A stretch of 63,360 nt of DNA, the filler included, from Phoronis australis (Eukaryota > Animalia > Phoronida), in assembly GCA_002633005.1 (NCBI GenBank). It is 5 parts of 5 records of this genome, joined end to end, with 100 filler letters (N's around TTAATTAATTAA, not from the genome) between each part and the next. Parts side by side here need not be neighbours in the genome. Positions count along the whole stretch, not along the records: positions 1 to 10,169 come from NMRA01000173.1; positions 10,270 to 41,468 come from NMRA01000031.1; 3 more parts are not named here. One strand, 5' to 3'. A program made the position numbers and the translations under genes. Shown piece after piece: positions 1 to 12,543 of this stretch. How positions within the stretch are numbered: the first letter of the stretch is position 1; every line of letters starts with the position of its first letter. The notes beneath the pieces are model-generated. The model was not told where the DNA came from and did no database searches. It saw only the letters and a list, made by a program, of their open reading frames with translations.

Positions 1-325
1 TCACAGGTACAACTTCTCACAAATTTAGCTGATTAGTCTTAAAATACAAGACAGTAAGAACAAGTTAGCTCATTTTTAGCAGTTTATAAACTATATTGTT
101 AAAATAATTCAAGCTTAAACTCTTGGTTGACCACAATTCCGAATTTTAAACACCGAATTCCAGAAAAAGGGCCTATTTTTGGGCGACAAAAATGCCTGTA
201 GCATCAAAACCCCTCAACCGTTTTTAAAAATTCAAAAAGCAGCAAATTATACTCAATGAGGGCTTTCATTTGAATGCCTCTTCATGTAATTTTGTTAAAC
301 TTGAAATTTTGGTTTGCTCACCCTA
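1..325. mobile_element. Right end of a TAGGG-terminated DNA transposon (same family as 1807-6325)
   Basis: 1-48 and 219-325 match 6169-6325; ends in TGGTTTGCTCACCCTA, the reverse complement of the left TIR. Confidence 0.7.
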
Positions 326-1392
326 AGATTTTGTCTTCGACTTGTACTCCGAAGTCTTATGCTTGAGCAGTTAAATATTCTGAGTTAACAAATTGCAATC
401 GTTCGATTAAGGTTCAGATACGCCTTACCTGGACATTTATGCAAAATCAACGCTAGCAAATAGCAGATTTGAGCTCTTTCTTGTCTTACAAGCTTTTCAG
501 TACTAAATTAGCAAGTAAAAACAGCCATTTTGGATGATTGAACACTGGCGACCTCTATCGTGAATCTCCATTTGTGTCGCGGAGTCTTATCAAGGAGTTT
601 TCCACACTCCTTGGTCTGTCGTTGGCTATTTACAGCATCCTGCCAGTTTTGGCTAGACCTAATTTGCGATGAGAGAGAACAGTCTTAAAGCATTAGAAGA
701 CAACTCCATATCTTATTCCGCTCTAGACCTACCGCACTGAGAAGAGCCAAACTGTTCGCCTGGTAACACATAGAAACACGATCCCGGGCACTTTTTGTCA
801 TGCCAACGGAAGGGATATGAGGGTAAATTGCATGGAGATGCACAAAACTTACTCAATCATAATAAATTTCGTCTCGTGTTTCAAAAGGTGGGTCATTCTG
901 ATGGTGCACAATGTTACAGAATACTTACTGATGGACCCCAGGCATTAATGCGACGTACTCAAAGCGAAATAGTGGATAGTTTATTTTCTCCGAATGTGAA
1001 AATATATAAACAGGTTTTCAATAGAAAAATCATGCAATCGGATTTTGTCTGAAAAAGATATAAATTTGCGAATTTTAGGGTTATGATCTGCGTTTTCGTT
1101 TTTTTTTTCCTAATTTGAAAAAATAGGAATAGGTTTCCGATAGAAGAATCATGTTATTAGGCCTGATTTGATTTTAGGACAGGGTTGCATTTCTATTTCT
1201 GCGTCATTCACGGCGTACAAGTTACCGTACGCTAGCTGCCCTAGGTTGCCTATGCCGAGATAAGCGATGTGTTATGTTCTAAATCAAAATCAATTCTTAG
1301 GCCTAGTACCAAAGCGTGTGTTGGTGGTTTCGACCACAGGTTGTGGTGCTTAGCGTCTAGTGTGGTAGTGTAGTTAGTAGTAGTATCTAGCN

Positions 1393-1506
1393 AGGGTGAG
1401 CAAACCATAATGGCCGATTTTCTGGAATCCGCAAAATCGGCCATTTTTCTAGATTTTCAAACTGTCATATCTCTTTTGATCATTACTCGATAAGAATAAA
1501 ATTGAT
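1393..1506. mobile_element. Duplicate left end of the TAGGG-terminated element
   Basis: Near-identical to 1808-1921 and bounded by single Ns, so it may be an assembly duplicate. Confidence 0.6.
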
Positions 1507-1656
1507 NTTTCTGATTTTTGCACCATTTCATTTCTCACACCAAGGGCTTTTCAAAAATGTATGACACATGGGTATTGTAAAAAAGATTAAAAAAACGTTG
1601 TCCTCCCTACAACCTCCTAAAGTGTTCCTCTATGTGCAAAAGGTATTTATAACGTG

Positions 1657-1738
1657 ACTTTGATATTTGTCGGTGCGAGGCATAATTCGCCGAAAGCTTT
1701 TCGGCGAATTATGCCTCGCATCCGACAAATATCAAAGT
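1657..1738. repeat. ~82-bp near-perfect palindrome (mini foldback element)
   Basis: ACTTTGATATTTGTCGG-TGCGAGGCATAATTCGCCGAAA / TTTCGGCGAATTATGCCTCGCA-T-CCGACAAATATCAAAGT; the right half recurs at about 18471-18520. Confidence 0.85.
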
Positions 1739-1806
1739 ATGAAGCGACTATAGGAGCTGCATCGCCTCTGGTCGGGCCAACAGAGGCGATGGTCATTGCC
1801 TAGCAG

Positions 1807-4800
1807 TAGGGTGAGCAAACCATAATGGCCGATTTTCTGGAATCGGCAAAATCGGCCATTTTTCTAGATTTTCAAACTGTCATATCTCTTTTGATCATAA
1901 CTCGATAAGAATAAAATTGATATGATGATAAACACTGATTCTTCGTCTTTCCATGCATGTCCAACACACATTCACTCATCCTAAATGAAATACTAAAATT
2001 TTTGACGAAAAATGGCTTACACACGCATTTTCGTCACTTCCGTAAAATTTTGTGACAGCTCAGTGGGGGTCGGATTTTCGGGCGTAGCATTGCAGTCCGT
2101 GAATGAAATTCGCTGATTAATATATCATTTTAAACAGCATAAAATTCTNGCGTAGCATTGCAGTCCGTGAATGAAATTCGCTGATTAATATATCATTTTA
2201 AACTGCATAAAATTCTGCATTTTTGTGAGGGTGAACCAATTTGAAATCGGAGATAAAAATAATTAAAAAATTGAAGTTTAAACTTTACCGCGATCTGGCG
2301 TTCGCACAAAAAACGATCCCGAATTGGTTCACTCGCTGCCAGCTGACCCATTTATTGCCTGACACATCCCACATGTCAATTAACTGTCAAAAACAACCCC
2401 TTCTATGCTACGATTCGTTGAAAAATGTAATCAAATCTGCCAGTCTGGGCTTCCACGACACAGTAAAAACAACAACGGTTGCTAATGACGTCACGAAACT
2501 CCGCCCCCAGATCTATAGCAGACGAAGAAGTATGTCAAGTAGAATACCCGCTGGATTTTCCCTTACTGTGGACGACATACAATTTATCATGTTCGGCGAA
2601 GGATTACTAACGGAGAGGAACTCACAGTAGGTAAGTTAATATACATTTGATTCATAAATTACTTCTCATTCGTCGACGGCAGCACAAATGGAAGATGACC
2701 TAGATACGACTGTCTTGTCGCCGCAATGGCCGCTATCGATGTCACTCAATGGATCTGCCGAAAGCCCGGGAAAACCAGCGTTATTTCAGTTTTGGTGATC
2801 TAATATTAAAACTTGTTCTTATAATTGAATTAAACAATAGTATTTTTATAACGAACTATTCTTCAAGCGAAATCATTGAAGTAGACGCCGTAGTTTTACC
2901 CTATTTTGTTCCGTTTTTTACGAGCGCTAGNCACTCAATGGATCTGCCGAAAGCCCGGGAAAACCAGCGTTATTTCAGTTTTGGTGATCTAATATTAAAA
3001 CTTGTTCTAATAATTGAATTAAACAATAGTATTTTTATAACGTACTATTCTTCAAGCGAAATCATTGAAGTAGACGCCGTAGTTTTACCCTATTTTGTTC
3101 CGTTTTTTACGAGCGCTAGGTGGCGATAGGGTCGATTTTTTGTTTACGTCTCCGCCCAATTTCTTCACTGAAATGGTTCAATTCGGCGTATTTTCACGCT
3201 CTTTTAACAAACGCAACCACTTACATTTGACTTATTACAATCGCTAATGTAATCAACTTAGAACAGCATCAAAATCGATTGTATTCCCGGATTTCTTAAT
3301 GAAAGGTGACATGCCAGTAAAACGGTTATTCATTCACCGAGATATTGAGAATGCGACGTTCAAACGTGCCGGGAGTAAAACTTATATCGCATGCAAGACT
3401 GGGTCACCCCAGTGGAAGTTGTAGCTTCGATCAGTTTTGTAACTTTTCATAATCCACTTGTATTTGGCTCATAAAAAAATAAAATAAATCACTTNCACAT
3501 GCAAGACTGGATCACCCCAGTGGAACTTGTAACTTAGATCAGTTTTGTAACTTTGCATAATCCACTTGTATTTGGCTCATAAAAAAAATAAAATAAATCA
3601 TTTATTAACTGCTTAATAACTGTTAATACGTCGATCTCTTTTCAACATTTATTAAGAGAGAAGATCTAAATCACAGGAGTAGGTTCAGTGAAAAAAGGAG
3701 ACTTCAACACCAGTATTGTGCCATATGCATAGTTGCCAACTGTCTTGCTTTTGAACCATCCTGCCCTTCGAGGCTTTGTATCGCGTATCACACCATCAAA
3801 TTTTGTATATGTTTGTGCCTTTATTTCCACACCAATTTCCCGATTCATTTTCAGCCGTGAGTAGTCTCAATTAAAAAACTAAGGCAGTCGGCTTTGTATT
3901 TCTGGATGTTAATTGCAGCAGACCTTTCTCCCTTGCGGTATGGCCTAGATACGCATGTTCCTGGTGGTTTTTCATTCTGAACGTTGGCAACTATGCAAGC
4001 GCCATTCCTCTCAGCCACCTCATTTCCAAGTGTCGATGTCCCTATTGTCCTCAGCAAGCGTGTGAAACACCTTTATGCTACCAGAAATTCATAGATGTGG
4101 TATTGGATGTGGTTCAAAGCATAACGCTACACCAAAGTATGATAATCTATGGCATCTATGGCGGCAGTGTGCTTGTTTGTGCTCTTGGACGACTTGGAGG
4201 AGGTTGACTGAGTATGAGACGAATAATGGTGATGAAGCAGAAGAGGATGACAGTGGTGAGGATCCACGTGTTCGAGGAACCACTCCATCCTGTAGCAATA
4301 TATGGGCCAGTTGTACATCATACTGTAGAGACCTGCTCATNCGAATAATGGTGATGAAGCAGAAGAGGATGACGGTGTTGAGGATCCACATGTTCGAGGA
4401 ACCACTCCATCCTGTAGCACTATATGGGCCAGTTGTACATCATACTGTAGAGACCTGCTCATTATTTTTTCAGTGAAAGCCAAACAATATATCAAACCCT
4501 GTAAATAGATTGAAACAATTAGACATATGGTTCGTTACAAAATACAAAAAATGTTCAATCTACGACGATCACTTCTTGAGGTACTCATTACAAACCCACA
4601 ATACAGTTGGGTTGGTGTCGGGTGGATTTTATTCCAATAATTCTTGGACTGTATTGCTAATAATTAATGAATTTGTTGTCGTCATCAATGAGATTTAGTT
4701 GTTATTGTGACTGAATGACTGCGACTGACAGAACCTTCCAACTTAGCAGGTAACTGTGAATTAGAACCAATCATTACTGACAGGACTATCCCTACCTCTT

Positions 4801-6325
4801 AGTGTTCTTCGAATGTTTGATCACATCGGTTCCCTGTGTTAGCCATTTTTATGTTGAAAACCAATACTTATTCAACTGCAACTCTAATACAACATAAGTA
4901 CAGAACATAATACTAAAAACAACACTAAAGTAGACACATTGGCACACATAGCAGTTAAACAAGATCAGTTAATAGTTTACTTAAAAGAANGAACTGTGTT
5001 GCTAATAATTTAATGAATTTGTTGTCGTCATCAATGAGATTTAGTTGTTATTGTGACTGAATGACTATGACTGTCAGAACCTTCCAACTTAGCAGGTAAC
5101 TGTGAATTAGAACCAATCATTACTGACAGGACTATCCCAACCTCTTAGTGTTCTTCGAATGTTTGATCACATCGGTTCCCTGTGTAAGCCATTTTTATGT
5201 TGAAAACCCATACTTATTCAACTGCAACTCTAATACAACATAAGTACAGAACATAATACTAAAAACAACACTAAAGTAGACACATTGGCACACATAGCAG
5301 TTAAACAAGATCAGTTAATACTTAACTTAAAAGCAAAATGTACGAAAATGGAACTCAGGATGTCTATTTTCATTTTGTGGAGTCAAGAGTAGATTTGGTA
5401 TTTGGACTATGAACTATTTACAGAAAAGCGAAATGCTTAGGTGTTGATATGGTGGTAGAGCATTTAGTTCTACAGACTTAAATTAGAGCAATCTTGGAGG
5501 ATTTTGGAGTTATGGCAAAATGCGCACCCGAGGACATTAAAAAGTAACGGCTTTTCATGAGTTTATTTTCAATTTTTTTATTTATGTTCCAATTCAATGA
5601 GCTGTGTTAGGTGTCAAAGTGATGACTGAGAGTTAGTAGTGACATAGGAAAAGAAATTAGGCAAAAATCTTGTACGGTTTTTGAGATATTACGTCATAAA
5701 TGCCACAAACGTTAAAATTTCATAATTTTCATAGGTTTTTCAATTTCAAATTCTAATATGTTTTTCAAATTTAATGTCCTGTTATAGGTGTTGACATGAT
5801 GTCTGAGTGTTAGAACAACATGGTAAAAAAAGAATTAGGCAAAAATCTTTAACGGTTTTTGATATATAGCAAAATACATTCAATAAATCGTGAAAAGTTG
5901 CCGATTCTACAAGATTGTTCAATTTTGAGATTTTTTAAAATTTAAAATTACTTTTTTGAATATGCATTTACTAATACAGGAGCATTAATGTTTCAGTGAC
6001 CTTTCTATGATGATGTTATGACATCCTGAAAGTTTCAGAGTTCTATGTGTGTCCTTTTTTAAAATATAGGGTCTTGAAGTTGCACTCAGAATGAAAAACG
6101 CAGCGTCACAAACCAGAAAAAAACTAAGTCGAGTTGTTTTTTTCCAATTTTGAACACCTTAGTAATTATCACAGGTACAACTTCTCACAAATTTAGCTGA
6201 TTAGTCTTAAAATACAANCGTTTTTAAAAATTCAAAAAGCAGCAAATTATACTCAATGAGGGCTTTCATTTGAATGCCTCTTCATGTAATTTTGTTAAAC
6301 TTGAAATTTTGGTTTGCTCACCCTA
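1807..6325. mobile_element. Non-autonomous or decayed DNA transposon with 16-bp TIRs (possibly Academ-related)
   Basis: TAGGGTGAGCAAACCA at 1807 and its exact reverse complement ending at 6325. No intact transposase and no clear TSD beyond TA. Length is inflated by N-joined duplications. Confidence 0.65.
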
Positions 6326-7061
6326 TTTTCAATTTGCACTTGCAGGCAGTGTAATTGTATCATTTCTCGAATAATTCTTAAGATGAAATAATATCTAAAT
6401 ATCTAGTAAAAAGTGCCCACGCCACACACGTGACTCACCATGATTCTACACGCAGTCCGAAGCATATTTACAATCTGACCAGACGATATGATGTGAGTAA
6501 ACTTGCAAAAACTCAAAGTCCAGTGCAGCGTCAAGTGCCCTACGAACTTGTTGACTTTTAATGAGCATGCGTGAAGTCGAATAGGAAAGAGATTGGATCA
6601 CAATACTAAACTTAAAAGGGTGACTGAAGATGTACTTAACAAAAAATTGTGAAAAGTTGTGAAATCCTTGTTCTATGATTGACAATTTTGATACAAAATA
6701 AACACCAATACTTATTTAAAGATGTTTAATATGTTCAAAAAAGCCTGAAAACATTTGGATGATACGCGCATGTACATGAAAAATGTACCCATCTATACCC
6801 TGTTCCAGCTTGGTTTCAACCGTCTAATAAAAATAGGTCAACATGGCAGACAACTCGTCCTCGGATACCCCCGGTGTGTATTATAAAATTGGTTTTCATT
6901 ATCATTAGACAACGTCTGAACTGGATCAGCGCAGCTGTCATAATGTCATGAAACTGGCTAACTTTTTTTTTACAAGTTTGATTAAATGGCTCTTATACGC
7001 TTCCATATACATCAAATTTTGGGGTTTGTGTAGCCAGCCAGCTAGCTCAGGGCTAGGCAAT

Positions 7062-7110
7062 GGCAATGACCATCGCCTCTGTTGGGCCAACAGAGGCGAT
7101 GGTCATTGCC
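7062..7110. repeat. Perfect palindrome with 24-bp arms
   Basis: GGCAATGACCATCGCCTCTGTTGG-G-CCAACAGAGGCGATGGTCATTGCC; a partial second copy lies at 1760-1804. Confidence 0.9.
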
Positions 7111-7118
7111 TAGCTCAA

Positions 7119-7490
7119 GGCCCGTCTCTAATCTTTGTACTCGAAACGAACTCGAAACTATTTTTGGCAATTTCTCTGCTCCTTTTTTGCGAACTTAAGA
7201 TAATTGGTTATCAGACTGTGTTCGAATACATTATAGTTTATGCATAGGAGTTTCTAGTTCAAGTTTGCACTTGAAGACTCATGTTGATTTCTTGCTACAA
7301 ACTCTAGTAAAACACGAAATTTCGAGTTCAAACTCGAACTTATTGCTTTAATATTGGGTTTACAAACTGTTATTGTGTACTTGAGCATAGCATAATAGAC
7401 ACTTATCTTGAGTTCGCCCAAAAGTAGAGTAGAAAATGCCAAATGTAATTTCAAGTTCCATTTCGAGTAAAAAGATTGGAGACCGGGTCC
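7119..7490. mobile_element. MITE with ~28-bp imperfect TIRs
   Basis: GGCCCGTCTCTAATCTTTGTACTCGAAA ... TTTCGAGTAAAAAGATTGGAGACCGGGTCC; related copies at about 34725-35083 and 49950-50210. Confidence 0.7.
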
Positions 7491-7625
7491 AGGAGTCAGT
7501 TGCTGTATGAAGACTGTCGTCAAACTACAGCTAGAAGTAGGTATCACTGTGTGTATTTCTTCCGCACATAGGCAGGGTAGGTCTGCTCGTCACCGCACCG
7601 TGAAACTTGTATCAACATGTAAAAC

Positions 7626-9010
7626 TAAAGGCCGGACGGGGTGCTGCAAAATCTGGGAAACAACCTACACTCACCTTTCCCCTTACAGCCGTTTAAGTGA
7701 AAAACAATGCAATAATGTCATTTTCTTGCGTAACTCTCCGCCTTTTCTAACAATGAAAAATGTGTTGTCGTTTTGAAAAACATACGCTCGTGTCACACAC
7801 AAGCGCCATTTCCTAAATTTTTGTGACATCTCTCGGGAGATGATGATAGCTTGGCAGCAGCAAAATTTCTTCTGAAATTCAGGTTTTCAGTACCAAAATT
7901 CTGAAAACTCATAATAAAGTGAAACCAGATCCGATAATTTGTTGCGGCGTGTACGCAACCTCGTGAAAGAACAACAGTTGATTGAAGAATTGGCGAAAAG
8001 AGAAACTAGCCAATAGGTGACGTCGAAAGCCGTGGCTAAAGATCGCTCCACAACTTTAGCAGCAGAATAACGGTAGAACGCCACTTTTTCCAACACCGTT
8101 AAATAATTTTCTTTACTCAAGGAAGACTATAGTTTTTAATGACACTAATTTTGTGTCAGATTTTATCTTACCACCTTTTTACCCACATCGGTACAAAGCT
8201 GTATATATGTGTGTTTCCTTGATTTTCCATGTATTTTGCACTAAATTAAACGGCCAGTCATCGCCGACTCCAATGCGATGGAGACAGTGAAAGCCAAATT
8301 TGATGATGTCACAGGCTTTGATTGGGGGGAGCACCATCTTCATTTTTTTGGCGCTAAATGGGGTTCGTGATGGGGCTGCTGTATTGTAAAAGGCCTACTT
8401 AATTAACAATGGTGGTTTGCTATCACACGTGTGTTGATGTTTTTCATCAATACAAAAACATGTATGTTAGTTATAAAAATATTCATTTTAGCACCGCAGT
8501 GGACCTTTAAGTGAAAAACAATCTAAGGAATGTCATCTTCATGCGTAAATCTGCTGCTTGTCACAAAGAATGTCTGTTGTCATCTTGAAAACATTACGCT
8601 CGTGACACGCTATTTGCTAAACATATTTAGGCTTTTTTTGGCAGATGAGGAAAAATCTTATCACAAATTTGCTAAAACACTAAAAGCTTATTATTATTAA
8701 TAACAAAGTGAAACCAAGTCTAATTATTTGATGTGACATGTACGCAACCTTGTGGAAAAGGAACAGTTGATTGAAAAATCAGGTGATAAAGAAATTGGCC
8801 AAAAGGTGAATCTGTATTTCATAGCATTAATAGCCAACACATCTTATTGCTCCACAAATCTAACTGCAGAATAAAGTGGAAGTATGGCAATTTTTTAGCT
8901 CTGACAACTACTCTAGTTTTCTCAAGGAAGAAGTTTTTCATAACATTTCAGATTTTATGTGTCCATTTTTTACCCTCAATGGTGCACCCTGTACATGTAT
9001 ATTTACAAAA
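7626..9010. mobile_element. Degenerate DNA element (Kolobok-like end) followed by a diverged tandem partial copy
   Basis: 7692-8230 and 8506-9010 are diverged direct copies (both start TTTAAGTGAAAAACAAT). The end GTGGACCTTTAA at about 8510 loosely mirrors TAAAGGCCGGACGGGGTGCT at about 7626. Confidence 0.4.
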
Positions 9011-9465
9011 CTTTGCAATGAGGCTTTATATTGTGTTGGCATTTATTTTATTCATGGTTTTTGTTACAATTTAATTTCAAATATTATTGTAATTTAGTTA
9101 TTCCGCTCTGTATGGCTGGCAAAAAAATCGAAATTTGGTCCTTTTTATGTGCTCACTTTGTAATTATGGGCTCATTATGCTGTCATGTATATAGGTCCAC
9201 CTGTCATTCTACCATTTTGCCAAGAAAGGAATATGACAGATCTGAGGGCTTAAAATTTTTTAAGTAGTTTCCATAGTCCAGGTGAATTTAGTTTTTTGAT
9301 TTTGTTGAGAAAAATATTGCTCATGAATATCTCTATATTATGTTTGATGTGTCACTGTGTTGCATGGTAAGATAACAGATGAACAGACAAATATAACGCA
9401 TGGACATAGTATGGAATGTATTTACATGTAGCATTTATCCTCCACATACCCGCACAGGCGCATTA

Positions 9466-10031
9466 GGGCTGTTCCAGCAAAATCTGTGTGGGAGGGGGGG
9501 GGAAGGCAACTGAAATAAAAAATTATTGGTGGTTGCGTTTGATTTAAATTCAAAATGGCTGGTGGTCGTACTTCAAAAAAATAGAAATTTACAGGTCGTT
9601 GTTGTTTCATTGGGCCATAAATGTTTGATGGTGGGTAATTTTAGTAAATTTTATAAACAATCCGCACAGAATCAAAAACTGAAACAAAAATGCAACGTGC
9701 AAAAAGCTCCGACTTTTTCACTCCCTCCATCTCCTCATCGGCATGCCCATAACACCATTTAACCACAGGTGCTCGAATTTCTTGATGGCTAATAACCATA
9801 TATAAGAAACATGTTTTCTTAGTAATGAATGATGTTAGAGGTGATGGAGAAACAGATAAACTCAAGCGCCTGTGCAGTCAACCACAAGAACAAAAAAAAA
9901 TTATGGGTGGTTGCATTTCAAACTTATAAAAAATTACGGGTGGTAGGCTGAAGAAATAAATGAAAAATACGGTTGGTGGGTGCGAAAAAAAGGTGCCTTC
10001 CCCCCCCATACAGATTTTACTGGAACAACCC
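9466..10031. mobile_element. PIF/Harbinger-like MITE
   Basis: TIRs GGGCTGTTCCAGCAAAATCTGTGTGGG / CCCATACAGATTTTACTGGAACAACCC, with TTA on both flanks (3-bp TWA TSD). Confidence 0.75.
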
Positions 10032-10169
10032 TTATAGATTATCATATGCACACAGGCACACTGTCTATAGATTGTCATTTCTTCTGTTAAGCTCTCCATG
10101 CTGGTGAGATAGATTGCTCTCGCCATGAGTTCAGCTCCCTTACCAAAGAGATCCGTTCAGTCTCTGACA

Positions 10170-10269
10170 NNNNNNNNNNNNNNNNNNNNNNNNNNNNNNN
10201 NNNNNNNNNNNNNTTAATTAATTAANNNNNNNNNNNNNNNNNNNNNNNNNNNNNNNNNNNNNNNNNNNN
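10170..10269. other. Artificial contig linker (N-run, TTAATTAATTAA, N-run)
   Basis: The same 100-nt construct with stops in all six frames occurs at 41469-41568, 49156-49255 and 60026-60125. Confidence 0.95.
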
Positions 10270-10390
10270 ACGCTAGGACCTAGCTAAAACCTAGTCAAGG
10301 TCACGTGTTCTAATTTAAAATGCACGGCAATATCTCACGTAATCTCGCGAAGTCTTACTTTTTAGCGAGGTCCTAGTGTTACTGAACGGG
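10270..10390. mobile_element. Short MITE copy, truncated by the gap
   Basis: Reverse-orientation copy of 52922-53063; ends GGTCCTAGTGTTACTGAACGGG. Confidence 0.7.
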
Positions 10391-11936
10391 AGGCACATTT
10401 CTTCCGAGAAGTGTAAAAACTCAGCTCGCATACGTTGGAAATTCCAGGTCGCATTTAGCGACTTGATACGAGCTGACAAAAATCTCAGCTCGCATTTCCA
10501 AATTTCAGGTCGCAAATGCGACCTGCAGCTCGTTATGTCGAGCCCTGATAACAGAGTAAAGGTGATGAATAAATCTTATTCGCAATTTAGTGCATTTAGC
10601 CGACCATTTAATGCATGAAACTACTAGAAGATCAAATCAACTCACTTCAGCCACTGTTTTCTAAAAGTAGAAAGCTGACAGAATTTGAGTTTTCACTTTA
10701 TGAGAATTGACCATGTCATGAGACCATGACTTCAGTAAAACTGAGCACGTAAAAGAAAGGTTAGTGCCAAACTCAGGCTTCACATCTCAGCATTGAGTGG
10801 AAAACCCTCAACGCTGGTGTTAGAAGTACAACACATACAAAAAAAAGCTAGGGTAAAATCTCACCAATTTTGAACAAAAATAATTGCCATTTTAATTTTT
10901 GAACGTTCGTACCATTACAATGAATGTCCAGAGTTTCTCAAAACATTGTCCTGTGGTAGCTATGATATACAACTAAAAGCTTTTATTCCGTGCTACTTAA
11001 CTTTCGTAAATAAAAAAATTCCACGTCTGCAGCAAAATTTTGCAGCTCAACATTCCATAAAGGTCAGACAGGAAGTGACAGAAGAAAACAGTTACGTCAG
11101 CTAATTCCCACCCTCTTTTGCGGGGGGTAAGAAGACGGCCAGTGTGCCTTTTGCAAGACTCAGAGGCCAATGCGGAGGGTCTCTTGCAGGGATGAAATAG
11201 AAATCAGTTTAGGCCTATTGGACCCTGCACAGGTCCCCAAAAACTTGCCAAAAAAGTACTGCCAACTAGAAAATTTTGCAACACGCTTGCAGGAAACTTG
11301 TTAACATGAGTGTACCCCCAGGATTACTGTACGGATTCCTACTTAGTGAAAAAATGCAGTGTGGGATGTTCCACTTGAATGGATGAATGAAGCATTGAAT
11401 ACAGTGTTCACACCTTATCAACACAGTTAAAAACAATGTGTTACAAACAATAACAATAGGGCTTTGCCTGTAAAACTGGCCATGAGCAAACTGGGACAGA
11501 AATGAATTTTCCGCCTTTTAGCCACATGCATAAGTGGAGACAACAAATTAATATTTTAAATTTCAGAATAATTTTGCGTGCACAAAATGAGGGTAGCTCC
11601 CACTACAAGCACTTCAGGTCACTATAATGATGCGTTTAAGTAAAGCGACAACCCTCGAGGCCTCGAAAAAATGGCCATAAAATAAGCGCTCAAAGTATTG
11701 TAGTATATTATAGAACAGTTGCAGACTCGGAGTCCGAGAAGTCGACAGTGATACCCATAGATCGATGCACATGGTGACGATTGCTGGTTGAGAAGTTGAA
11801 ACCAGTGGCATTGATAGAATTGACAGTTTGCTGGTGCCGTGTTGTGTCTAACTTCGTCTGTTGCTGTTGTACCTCAAACTGAAGTCAGTGCCACACTGAT
11901 TTGACGCACCTCAATAAATTGGCAGCTGGTTGTAAT

Positions 11937-12543
11937 CACAGGCGTCCTCAGCTTCTGATCGTCCCCAATACACTACATATAATACTACAAGGTATGACAC
12001 TCCCGACCAGAAATTCCACGGGTGCTTCACTTCAGCCATCCATATCAAACACAAAACTCAATAAATTTACACAAAACAGAAGTTCAACAAACCATGAAGA
12101 ATTGTCCTTTCTCCCAATACCATTCACGGTGTCCTGTTCCGGCGACTTCGTAAGAAATTCGCGTAAAGTCACGATGTCGATAACTCTACACTTAGCCGTC
12201 AGTAGAAAACTATTGAGTACTTCCGTAACTCACCGGCAATTTCCGTACCATCCTTGACCTCGAGCGGCCCCTGATGGACGTAGGTGGTTTTTTTGTGAAC
12301 ATTTTTGTTCTTTGACTGCAAATTTCTTACGAAGTCGTCGGAACAGGACACCGTGAATGGTATTGGGAGAAAGGACAATTCTTCATGGTTTGTTGAACCT
12401 CTGTTTTGTGTAAATTTATTGAGTTTTGTGTTTGATATGGACGGCTGAAGTGAAGCACCCATGGAATTTCTGGTCGGGAGTGTCATACCTTGTAGTATTA
12501 TATGTAGTGTATTGGGGACGATCAGAAGCTGAGGACGCCTGTG
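11937..12543. mobile_element. Foldback/MITE with ~220-bp TIRs and a probable 8-bp TSD
   Basis: 11937-12159 is a near-perfect inverted copy of 12321-12543, with CACAGG...CCTGTG termini. Flanks are GTTGTAAT / TTTGTAAT (7 of 8 match). Confidence 0.85.

Noticed and set aside
2090-5340. Apparent tandem duplications around single Ns (2149, 2931, 3496, 4341, 4990; also 20680, 24430)
   Set aside because: Each pair is split exactly by one N, which is typical of unmerged overlapping contig ends or haplotypes.
10170-10269. TTAATTAATTAA within N-runs as a biological motif
   Set aside because: The same construct occurs four times with six-frame stops, so it is an artificial linker. Gene neighbourhoods across these gaps are not trustworthy.
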